From the IMG/VR virus record IMGVR_UViG_3300011115_000623, positions 1 to 54,332 of that record: a stretch of 54,332 bases of DNA; one strand, 5' to 3'. The stretch's first letter is position 1. The number at the start of each line of letters is the position of its first letter. The DNA is from a virus (taxonomy: Duplodnaviria; Caudoviricetes). The position numbers were made by a program, and so were the translations under genes. The notes under the pieces are model-generated. The model ran no database searches and was not told where the DNA came from. It saw only the letters and a program-made list of their open reading frames with translations. Positions 41,320 through 49,008 of the stretch are shown in pieces.

Positions 41320-41473
41320 CGAGCTGCTCCAGTAAAAGGGCGATGAGGCGCTCGTAGTGCATCACCAAAACCCATAGTTGTTCGTTGGTCATAAAAGGTG
41401 GGGCGCTGTTACTGCGACGTCGGCCCCGCTGAGCGGGACAACCAACCGCTGGCCACGCCAGCGCCCCTATAAC

Positions 41474-41674
41474 TTACTCGGGTGCTTTCACCTTGGGGGT
41501 GCGTGGCTTGCGCGGCTTCTTCTCCACCGGCGCGGAAGGCGCAGGGGAGATCGCGTTATCGCGCTGGGTGGCAATGTCCATGACCAGATCGTGGACCTGG
41601 TCGTGTGGCAGCTTGCGCAGTGCAGCAATCACCAAATTGATGGACTCTTCAGTGAGATGGATTGGTAGGAACAT
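41474..41674 (-). CDS. Small hypothetical protein
   Basis: INLVIAALRKLPHDQV..LV..I motif. Confidence 0.65.
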   Translation of the reverse strand: MFLPIHLTEESINLVIAALRKLPHDQVHDLVMDIATQRDNAISPAPSAPVEKKPRKPRTPKVKAPE

Positions 41675-41780
41675 GTCGATCTTTCTTTTTGAATAAACGG
41701 CCAGCTTGAAAACCGGCCACAAAGCAAGCGACGCCAATGACGACGACGCCTAGAGCAATGAGGGTGTCAAGCACCATCAT
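41649..41780 (-). CDS. 43-aa membrane peptide (MMVLDTLIALGVVVIGVACFVAGF...)
   Basis: Translated by hand; ATGA overlap with the lipoprotein gene. Confidence 0.55.
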   Translation of the reverse strand: MMVLDTLIALGVVVIGVACFVAGFQAGRLFKKKDRHVPTNPSH

Positions 41781-42184
41781 TTCGCCACCTTCGGCAGCGG
41801 GTACGGCACCTTGTTGGTGGGCTGGCAATGCCCATCATCGGATGCAAACGGCTTGGTCTTGAACTCGGTGTCCTCCAGGCATCCGGTGTTGCCAGATACG
41901 GTCGAGCACTTGACCTTGATGAGCTGCGTCTTCTCGGGGTTGACAAACTCCATGGTCGCCCAGCCATCGCCCTGGGGGCAGGCGTTGTCCTGGGTCGAAT
42001 CGCCGCGTGCGACAACGTCCCATCCCTTGTAAAGGATGTTCTCTTGCCGGTATCGTTGCGCGTTCCACAGCGCGTTTTCACGCGCCGTGCCTTTTGCTTC
42101 TTCGAGCGAAGCAAAGCTCACTTCGTTCTTGCCGCATGCAGCCAAAGCGCATGCAGCAATCACGGCTGCCATCGTGTATTTCAT
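41777..42184 (-). CDS. Lipoprotein, Cys-rich
   Basis: Signal peptide with lipobox LAAC; four further Cys; GAGG RBS. Confidence 0.8.
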   Translation of the reverse strand: MKYTMAAVIAACALAACGKNEVSFASLEEAKGTARENALWNAQRYRQENILYKGWDVVARGDSTQDNACPQGDGWATMEFVNPEKTQLIKVKCSTVSGNTGCLEDTEFKTKPFASDDGHCQPTNKVPYPLPKVAK

Positions 42185-42198
42185 TTTGGGTTTCCTCG

Positions 42199-42723
42199 TT
42201 AAGACAAGAAGTCTTCTTCGACCGCAGTGAAGTCGTCGCTTGCGCGCGATCCGCCGCCCAGGCGCTCGCCGTCGGCCAGCTTCTGCACGTTGTTCAGACC
42301 CGCTGCGATGCCCTTGTTGCCGTCCATGCTGAACGGGTAGAAGTTGACCGACGCCCGGCCATAGCAGCCGCTGTACACAGCCGACTTGTCCAGGATCGGG
42401 TTGAGAGCGGTGTCAACCACGTCGGGCTTTTGGCCGCTGTTGCAGTTGATGAAGTAGTGGCCCTTGTACTCAGGGTTTTTCTCCAGGTCGCGCTCGGTGT
42501 CGCCGTCGCGCAGGGGCGACTTGTAACTGGCCAACCACTTGCCGCCCCACTTGACTGCCGACTTGGGATCGACCTTCACTCCTTCAATGGCAGCCTTGAT
42601 TTTGGTCAAGGTTTCCTTGTCGCTTTTGGGGATGAGCAAGCAGACGCTGTACTTGTCCTTGTCGTTCATCTCAAACACGTTGACGTAAGACATGCGGACC
42701 TTGCCGGTGATTACTTTTGACAT
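42199..42723 (-). CDS. DUF2815 family ssDNA-binding protein
   Basis: VRMSY, KYSVCLLIPK, LRDGD, YSGCYGRAS, GLNNVQKL.DGERLGG, acidic C-terminal tail. Confidence 0.92.
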   Translation of the reverse strand: MSKVITGKVRMSYVNVFEMNDKDKYSVCLLIPKSDKETLTKIKAAIEGVKVDPKSAVKWGGKWLASYKSPLRDGDTERDLEKNPEYKGHYFINCNSGQKPDVVDTALNPILDKSAVYSGCYGRASVNFYPFSMDGNKGIAAGLNNVQKLADGERLGGGSRASDDFTAVEEDFLS

Positions 42724-42732
42724 ACTGATTTC

Positions 42733-43911
42733 CTAGTTTGCGTTTTTGAAATCCTCGGCTGCGGATGCAGCCAAGGCGAGTGCTGGTCTCTTGTCCCCTT
42801 CGGGCACCAGCGTTGGTTTACCGGCAGGCTTGGCGACCAGGTCGCCCAGCAATTCGGTGAACTTCTTTTTGCCGATTGCACTCTCCATGGCAGTGATGCC
42901 AAGGAGGCTGCGCTCGAACATGATCTCTTCGGGTATGCCGCTGTCCTTCAGCTTGGCTGCTACCGCGTCCTGGTCTACATACTTCCGGTTGGACCGGCCT
43001 TCGACCAGCTTGAAACCGGGCACCGCGACGCCGTGCTCGACCGCCTGCTTCAGCGCGTGAGCTTGCAGGTCTTTGAACCAGTCGATCACCATGTCTGCTT
43101 GGGGTAACAAGGCTGCGATCCGGTCCATGGACAGCGTCTCTACCGCTGGCGGTCCAACACGAACTGGGCTGGAGAACTCGGCCTTGGCCACCGCAAGCGC
43201 AGCCTCCGCCCTGGCCGGGCATGTAAAGCGGGCACGGCAGAAACCGTCTTTGCAATGGTCGCCTGGCACGAACTCGCCGCCACCAACCCAAGCCATCTTG
43301 GCCCGAGGCATGACGTACTGCTGGCCCCACTCAAGCAGGTCTTCCATTGATAGCTCTTCGCTTCGGAAGTTGGACAACCGTGGCTGAAGAACCGTCATGC
43401 GCACGCTGGTGATGTCGTACAGGTGGCACAGCTCGTAGTAAGCGCCCAGGCCATAGAGCCGGAGCTGGCTGTTCTCACGCGGGTCGACGTAGATGCCCTT
43501 GCCGTACTTCAGGTCCATCACTTCGACCAGGCCATCGGTGATGATCACCAGGTCTCCGGTGCCAAACCCTTCGGGCACCCACATGCTGAAGTCCAGCCGC
43601 TGCTCGACCAGGATGATCGGGTCTTTGCACCGGTTATACGCGTCGTTGATCCGATCCCATGCGACGTTCACCGCTTCGGCCACGTACTCGCGCAGCTCGG
43701 CAGTGTCGTGGTGAAGCAGGTCCTTGGGCAGCGGGATGGTCGGGCGGCTCAGCATCATTAGGATCGCCTGCTCGAACACAGCGTGTGCGAAGGTGCCTTC
43801 GCTTGCGAAGTCGCTTCCCTCGTCGGGAAGTGTCGACTCCAGGTTTGCACTGGGTGTGCAGACCAGCCACTTGGCGCTTCCGCTGGCGCTCAGCTTTGCG
43901 TGTGCTGTCAT
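42733..43911 (-). CDS. DUF2800 family PD-(D/E)XK nuclease
   Basis: HAKLSAS...W..C, EGT.AH, GFGTGD, DLKYGKG, QL.LY.LG, GFKLVEGRS.RK. Confidence 0.92.
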   Translation of the reverse strand: MTAHAKLSASGSAKWLVCTPSANLESTLPDEGSDFASEGTFAHAVFEQAILMMLSRPTIPLPKDLLHHDTAELREYVAEAVNVAWDRINDAYNRCKDPIILVEQRLDFSMWVPEGFGTGDLVIITDGLVEVMDLKYGKGIYVDPRENSQLRLYGLGAYYELCHLYDITSVRMTVLQPRLSNFRSEELSMEDLLEWGQQYVMPRAKMAWVGGGEFVPGDHCKDGFCRARFTCPARAEAALAVAKAEFSSPVRVGPPAVETLSMDRIAALLPQADMVIDWFKDLQAHALKQAVEHGVAVPGFKLVEGRSNRKYVDQDAVAAKLKDSGIPEEIMFERSLLGITAMESAIGKKKFTELLGDLVAKPAGKPTLVPEGDKRPALALAASAAEDFKNAN

Positions 43912-44162
43912 TTGTCGTACCTCGGTGCGCAGGTCACGTCGACCGGTGCGGTTGAAAGATAGCCGTTGATGCGGCGGCGTGCGGTGACCATCACGGGGCG
44001 CAGGCCACTGCCTTCGCATTCCTTGACCCCGTTGATGACCTCGTTGCGTGTGAGCACGTTGATCTCGCGCTCAACGACCAGCGCGGTGTTCTGCTCGTAC
44101 TGCTGGGGTGGCGTGCTTGAACACCCGGCCAGGATGAATGGGATGATGGCCAGGGCTTTCAT
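43908..44162 (-). CDS. Small lipoprotein
   Basis: Lipobox LAGC; two additional Cys. Confidence 0.75.
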   Translation of the reverse strand: MKALAIIPFILAGCSSTPPQQYEQNTALVVEREINVLTRNEVINGVKECEGSGLRPVMVTARRRINGYLSTAPVDVTCAPRYDK

Positions 44163-44392
44163 GTTTGCTCCACAGGTTCGTAGGTCAGTTCAAAAATGTC
44201 AGGCTTGCACGGGTAGTGTTCGCCCTTCACGCCAGTGATGATGTAGTCGCCGGGGCTAACTATGTGACCGCCCTCAAGCGTGTCAATCCATCCAAATTGG
44301 TCATTTGCCAAAGATTCCTCAACAGCAGGATGGTCGCCGTGCTTGAACCATTGCGTGGCCTCAACGACCACAGGTTTTTTGCGGTACTTCAT
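44159..44392 (-). CDS. Widespread small phage protein (KKPVVVEA...PGDYII.G..GE.YPCKPDIF..TYE)
   Basis: Recognisable conserved motif. Confidence 0.85.
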   Translation of the reverse strand: MKYRKKPVVVEATQWFKHGDHPAVEESLANDQFGWIDTLEGGHIVSPGDYIITGVKGEHYPCKPDIFELTYEPVEQT

Positions 44393-44583
44393 TCCACCGC
44401 TCCCATCTGGTTGTACCAGGCCATGGCGTTGTCGCTGACTTCCTTGATGTGGGAGCTCAGGTAGGTGGCGATGATGAGCGCCGGTGTGGGCGGCTCGTTG
44501 ATGGCCTCGGGCCGATCCAGTGTGCCTTCGATGGTGTATTCATTGCCCGGCAGGTCGGTGATGGTGATGGTTGCGATGGTCAT
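44389..44583 (-). CDS. Hypothetical protein
   Basis: GGAGG RBS; TAATG coupling. Confidence 0.7.
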   Translation of the reverse strand: MTIATITITDLPGNEYTIEGTLDRPEAINEPPTPALIIATYLSSHIKEVSDNAMAWYNQMGAVE

Positions 44584-44945
44584 TACAGCGCCTCCACTGC
44601 GGCCAACAGGTCGCTGTACTTCTCGACCGGAACGGTGGTCAGGTTGTTGGCACCGAACGTGGCCAGCAGGGCCTTGCACTCAGACCCTTTGCCTGCCTGG
44701 CTTTTCGCCGCCATCTTGGCGCGGAGCTGTTCCAGGGTGATCGGCTCGGGTGCGGGTGCCTCTTCGGCTGTCGGCTTCTTGGGGCTGGCGCGCTTGGCCT
44801 TTACGGGTTCAGGCTGGGCCTCTGCTTCGGTGATTGGCACTGGCGTTGGCTCGGTCGTTGGCCCGGCTTGCACGTATGCGTTCATGGCAGCGGTCAAGAT
44901 GGCCATCTGCTCTGGCGTGTAGGGGTTGAATGTGATGGTGATCAT
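44583..44945 (-). CDS. Hypothetical protein typical of DUF2800 modules (ITLEQLRA...ALLATFGA.NLT.V..EKY..LL)
   Basis: P/A/E linker plus conserved helical C-terminus. Confidence 0.8.
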   Translation of the reverse strand: MITITFNPYTPEQMAILTAAMNAYVQAGPTTEPTPVPITEAEAQPEPVKAKRASPKKPTAEEAPAPEPITLEQLRAKMAAKSQAGKGSECKALLATFGANNLTTVPVEKYSDLLAAVEAL

Positions 44946-45145
44946 ATTGGTCGTGTGGAAAGGTTGTGGTAGTTTTCAACGTAGCGGCAAGACAGGCCGT
45001 ATTCAGTTGGTTGGTTGAGTTGAAAGTACGCTTCGACGTACTCCTTGATATTGGCAAAAGTGCCAATCTTGGGGAACTCCCGCTTGGGAAGCTCGCGTTG
45101 TCGGCGCTTGAGGTCGCGCATGAGTTTTTGGGTGTGTGATTTCAT
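44942..45145 (-). CDS. Hypothetical protein
   Basis: AGGAG RBS; coupled. Confidence 0.7.
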   Translation of the reverse strand: MKSHTQKLMRDLKRRQRELPKREFPKIGTFANIKEYVEAYFQLNQPTEYGLSCRYVENYHNLSTRPI

Positions 45146-45294
45146 TCGGACTTCTCCTGCGGAGCCGGTGGGCGGGTCTCGCTTGGAGGGGTCCAGCCGT
45201 ATCGACGCCAGGTCTGCTGGACGTCAGCTCCGGTGGTCCAGATAAAGCGTGGATCGCTTGCTGGGATGTAGGGGTCGGTTCTGGTTGCTGCCAT
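45142..45294 (-). CDS. 50-aa protein (MAATRTDPYIPASDPRFIW...DVQQTWRRYGW)
   Basis: AGGAG RBS; first gene of the leftward operon. Confidence 0.7.
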   Translation of the reverse strand: MAATRTDPYIPASDPRFIWTTGADVQQTWRRYGWTPPSETRPPAPQEKSE

Positions 45295-45322
45295 TCTGGT
45301 CTCCTGAGTTAGGGTGAAGCGG

Positions 45323-45352
45323 ATGTTAGCACAGGTTTCATCGACCGTGCAA
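45323..45352 (-). promoter_or_regulatory. Leftward promoter of replication operon
   Basis: TTGCAC, 18-nt spacer, extended -10 TGcTAACAT. Confidence 0.55.
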
Positions 45353-45392
45353 CAGCTAGTTTTTAGCGGGCTGTAGCGGGCCGTGAAAGCAA

Positions 45393-45401
45393 TGGTATCA
45401 T
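45393..45401 (+). promoter_or_regulatory. Extended -10 for Cro-like gene (probably leaderless mRNA)
   Basis: TGgTATCAT ending 8 nt before the ATG; no Shine-Dalgarno. Confidence 0.5.
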
Positions 45402-45409
45402 GCCCGACC

Positions 45410-45622
45410 ATGGACGTTCAAGACATCATCAAAAAGCTCGGCGGGCCAGTGCTGGTCAGCCAACATTTCGGCATCACCAGCCAGGCTGTGTCGAACTGGA
45501 AGCGCGTGCCCGCTGAGCGTGTGCCGCACCTGGTGATGATGGCCAAGTCGATGGGCGTGAACATCACGGCGGAGGACATGAGGCCGGACATCGAGTGGGA
45601 ATTCTTGCGTGCGGATCGCTAG
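45410..45622 (+). CDS. Cro/YdaS-like HTH regulator
   Basis: LGG...VSQHFGITSQAVSNW.RVPAER...MRPDI.W. Confidence 0.88.
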   Translation: MDVQDIIKKLGGPVLVSQHFGITSQAVSNWKRVPAERVPHLVMMAKSMGVNITAEDMRPDIEWEFLRADR

Positions 45623-45785
45623 GGTCACGCTGACGGACGAAGCCTTGGAGCTGTTGTTTGACGGCGCGGTGCTACGATTCATAGCCGAAGACCTGGAAGT
45701 GCAGATTGACCTGGACGTTGACATGAAAGGCGCGATTGAGAAGGCGATGCTGGCGCTGCTGCCGACATCGCCGACGGTGAATTAA
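45609..45785 (+). CDS. 58-aa hypothetical protein (MRIARVTLTDEALELLFDG...; not in ORF track)
   Basis: Translated by hand; GTG overlapping the end of the Cro-like gene. Confidence 0.55.
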   Translation: MRIARVTLTDEALELLFDGAVLRFIAEDLEVQIDLDVDMKGAIEKAMLALLPTSPTVN

Positions 45786-46029
45786 GGTTCCTGCCCACCG
45801 GACTTGTTGGGGCAATTTGCGCAGATATTCGGTTGTACGCGCGGCGGCGGGTCAAGCCGTGATAAGGGGCGAGCACAGCCTAAGATGTTGACCAGAGTGC
45901 CGACTCACCCCCGTAAGGGGTGACCATCACGCATGGGGATTGACGCTTATATGGGTTCATCCATGATTGGTCCCCAGCCGTGTTGGTTAACCGAGCTGCG
46001 CGGTTCGCAGCGTTTTATTGGAGTGATCC

Positions 46030-46212
46030 ATGCAATCAAGAGTCGAGTATTTCAAAGACCTGATCGAGGACTGCGTTGAAGCAGTCGCCGAAACAAACCT
46101 AGCACCCGAAGACACCAGCCACGCCATCGCGGCGCTCATACTCTCCGACAGCTACAACGGCCTGCGCAAAGCTATTTTGCAAGCATCGGCCGCCATCGCT
46201 CACCGGGAGTAG
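46030..46212 (+). CDS. Hypothetical protein
   Basis: GGAG RBS. Confidence 0.7.
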   Translation: MQSRVEYFKDLIEDCVEAVAETNLAPEDTSHAIAALILSDSYNGLRKAILQASAAIAHRE

Positions 46213-46215
46213 GCC

Positions 46216-48522
46216 ATGAAACCATCTGTTTTGCCAGTGCTGCTGGAGGGTATCCCGTCCGAGCTGAAGACGAAGCGCGAGTGGGTGATGTGGAAGTCGG
46301 TTCAGCGCAAGAAGCCGAACGGTGACAAGGTCTGGGCGAAGATGCCCATGACCGTTGACGGCAAGGCGGCCAGCTCAACCAATGCCGCGACCTGGGCCAG
46401 CTACGACGACGTGACCGATGCGCTGATCATGGGCGAGGGTTTTGACGGCATCGGCCTGGTGCTGGGTGGCGACCTCCACGGCATCGACCTGGACGACTGC
46501 CGCGACCCGGCGACTGGGGCCTTGTCAGAATTTGCTCAGGAAGTGCTGGCCCGGGTGGAAGGCTATGCCGAAGTCAGCCCGTCTGGCACCGGTATCAAAA
46601 TATTCACCCGGACAAACCTGGACGGCGGTCGTACCAAAAAAGAACTTGGCCTTGAGCTGTACAAGGACGGGCGCTACTTCACAGTGACTGGCCATGGCAT
46701 CAACGGCCACGACAGTTTGCCGGAGTCGGTGCAGGACCTGGGCTGGCTGATCGAGCGTGAGTGGGGCGAGAGCGTTGCGACGCCTGACGGCTTGGTGGGT
46801 GACCTGGCCACATACAGACCCGCGCTCGACGGTTGGGACTTGGACCGTGTGATCGACGAAGTGATGCCGCACCTGGACCCTGACTGCGGTTACGCTGACT
46901 GGCTGAAGGTGGGCGCTGCACTGCACCACCAGGGCGAGGGCGACCCGGAATGGCTGGCTGCATGGGACTCTTGGTCTGCTGGATCGGGCAAGTATGCGGA
47001 GGGCGTGTGCGAACAGAAGTGGGACAGCTTCAGGCAGCAGCGGACGTCCGGCAAGGGCGCGGTGACCCTGGCTTCCCTGCTGAAGGACACCAAGGACAAG
47101 CGCGTGGCCGTGGTGCGCGGTGAGCGCGACCAGGCGATGGACTCGGTCATGGCCCAGATCGACGCAGCAACCGACGCGCGCGACCTGCAAGAGAAGGTGG
47201 CCGCGTCTGTGGCAAACAACGGTGACTTCAGCGACGTCGACCGGGCCAGGGTGGCGTCCGCCATCCAGAGGCAGGCCAAGGCTTTGGGCGTGAGCCTGGA
47301 GATCGGCACAGTGCGTGGATGGCTTCGCGCCCGGGTGCGCGCTTCGTTCCCACACCTGAACGACGACGGTCACCCGCTTTGCACTCTGGAGAATTTGCAG
47401 GTGCTTCTGGGCAGGCTGAACGTGGTGGTCCGGTACAACGTGATCAGCAAGAACGTGGAAATCCTGATACCCGACAGCAGTTTTACCAGGGACAACCGCG
47501 AGAACGCGTCCATCGCATACATCCTGAGCGAGTGCGAGAAGGCGCGCATGGGTACCAAGTTCGTGCCGCAGTTTCTTCTCATGCTTGCAGACAGCAACCA
47601 ATACAACCCGGTGGCTGAATGGGTACAAAGTCGGAGCTGGGACGGGGTCTCGCGCCTGGCTGCCTTCTACGACACGGTGGACTGCGGTGGCCAGATGGAT
47701 CAGGGACTGAAGGAAATGCTGATGCGCAAGTGGCTGGTCCAGGCCATTGCGGCAGCGTTTGAGCCCGACGGCATAGCGGCCCAGGGCATGCTGACATTCA
47801 GCGGGCCTCAGAACATCGGCAAGACCACCTGGTTCAAGAGGCTGGCACCCGAGTACCTCAACGCGGTTTACACCGGCCACACGCTTGACGTGCGTTCAAA
47901 GGACTCATGCCTGATTGCGATCAGGTACTGGATCGTGGAGCTGGGCGAGGTCGACGGGACGATCCGCAAGTCAGACATGGCCGCGCTGAAGTCGTTCATC
48001 ACGCAATCACTCGACCCGATCAGGCGTCCATATGCGATGACAGAGTCGATTTACGGGCGTCGAACGGTTTTTGGAGCATCGGTGAATGACGAGTTGTATT
48101 TGGCCGACCCTTCTGGCAACCGGCGTTTTTGGACTATTCCTGCCGTGGCTTTTGGCAGCTTCGACGATCTGGACATGCAACAGGTCTGGGCCGAGGTCCT
48201 GACACTCTGGCAGGCCGGTGAGCGTTGGTATCTGTCGATGGACGAAGCCGGTAACCTGGGCCAGCACAACGACAAGTTCACCGCGATAGACCCAATTGAA
48301 GAGCGCCTGACAAGCGGCTTCGCCTGGGGTCCAAACGTGGTTGTTTGGGACTGGATCACGGCAACCGAGGCGCTGATCCGCATCGGAATCAAAGACCCTA
48401 ACAAGCCCCAAACCATCACCGCAAGCAGGGTATTACAGAGGCTAAATGCAGGGCAAAGGCGAAAATCGAACGGACGCGTACTTTTTTCGGTACCTAATGT
48501 TGCCAATGACTTTTTAGCGTAA
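46216..48522 (+). CDS. Primase-helicase: AEP prim-pol domain + PriCT-2 + VirE/VapE-like P-loop
   Basis: GIDLDDC, YAEVSPSGTGI, RYFTVTG; Y..WL.VG.ALH...W..WS; GPQNIGKTT, IVELGE, D.SGNRRFW. Confidence 0.92.
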   Translation: MKPSVLPVLLEGIPSELKTKREWVMWKSVQRKKPNGDKVWAKMPMTVDGKAASSTNAATWASYDDVTDALIMGEGFDGIGLVLGGDLHGIDLDDCRDPATGALSEFAQEVLARVEGYAEVSPSGTGIKIFTRTNLDGGRTKKELGLELYKDGRYFTVTGHGINGHDSLPESVQDLGWLIEREWGESVATPDGLVGDLATYRPALDGWDLDRVIDEVMPHLDPDCGYADWLKVGAALHHQGEGDPEWLAAWDSWSAGSGKYAEGVCEQKWDSFRQQRTSGKGAVTLASLLKDTKDKRVAVVRGERDQAMDSVMAQIDAATDARDLQEKVAASVANNGDFSDVDRARVASAIQRQAKALGVSLEIGTVRGWLRARVRASFPHLNDDGHPLCTLENLQVLLGRLNVVVRYNVISKNVEILIPDSSFTRDNRENASIAYILSECEKARMGTKFVPQFLLMLADSNQYNPVAEWVQSRSWDGVSRLAAFYDTVDCGGQMDQGLKEMLMRKWLVQAIAAAFEPDGIAAQGMLTFSGPQNIGKTTWFKRLAPEYLNAVYTGHTLDVRSKDSCLIAIRYWIVELGEVDGTIRKSDMAALKSFITQSLDPIRRPYAMTESIYGRRTVFGASVNDELYLADPSGNRRFWTIPAVAFGSFDDLDMQQVWAEVLTLWQAGERWYLSMDEAGNLGQHNDKFTAIDPIEERLTSGFAWGPNVVVWDWITATEALIRIGIKDPNKPQTITASRVLQRLNAGQRRKSNGRVLFSVPNVANDFLA

Positions 48523-48741
48523 GGGTGTAGGGCAAAACATGAAAACGTATTCCCCTGGTCTATTAACCTGTCCTAAGTCGTTGATTCTTAACAGTAAAAC
48601 TACTAAAGAGTATTACAGGGTAATAGAATTTAGTATAAATGGGGAGGAAGATAGGGGGAAAAAGAGAGAGAAAGGGGAAATAGGGAGGATTGCTAATAGT
48701 GAGATAGGAAAAACGATGCACTACACTGCCCCAATGCCCTA
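48523..48741. other. AT-rich non-coding region, candidate replication origin
   Basis: Sharp drop in GC; purine tract 48641-48690; GTATTACAG repeated at 48430 and 48610; follows primase-helicase gene. Confidence 0.5.
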
Positions 48742-49008
48742 ATGCTTGAAAAAACAATTGAATCGCACCTGGTCAAAAGGGCGCGCGCGGCTGGCGCAAT
48801 GGCCATCAAGTGGGTAGCCCCGGGCATGGCTGGGGTGCCCGACCGGATCGTGTTTTTGCCTGGCGGGAGGATCGTTTTTGTGGAACTGAAGGCACCTGGG
48901 AAAAAGCCGACAGCGATCCAGTTGCACGTCCACCGGCTTCTGGCCAACATGGGTGCCGATGTTCGAGTGATTGATTCAAAGGAGCAAGTCGATGGAATAT
49001 TTGCCTAG
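48742..49008 (+). CDS. VRR-NUC domain nuclease
   Basis: EK.IE..L, GVPDRI, FVELKAPG.KP..Q. Confidence 0.92.
   Translation: MLEKTIESHLVKRARAAGAMAIKWVAPGMAGVPDRIVFLPGGRIVFVELKAPGKKPTAIQLHVHRLLANMGADVRVIDSKEQVDGIFA

Noticed and set aside
41400-41467. tRNA or self-cleaving ribozyme
   Set aside because: No cloverleaf or T-loop, and no hammerhead/twister core that I could match; kept only as a hairpin.
42733-43911. Cas4 / CRISPR adaptation gene
   Set aside because: Motifs and the neighbouring DUF2815 and PolA genes identify the ordinary phage DUF2800 nuclease.
44159-44392. Assignment as a specific anti-defence nucleotide-sponge protein
   Set aside because: The family is recognisable as a common phage protein, but I cannot tie it to a named anti-defence family without a search.
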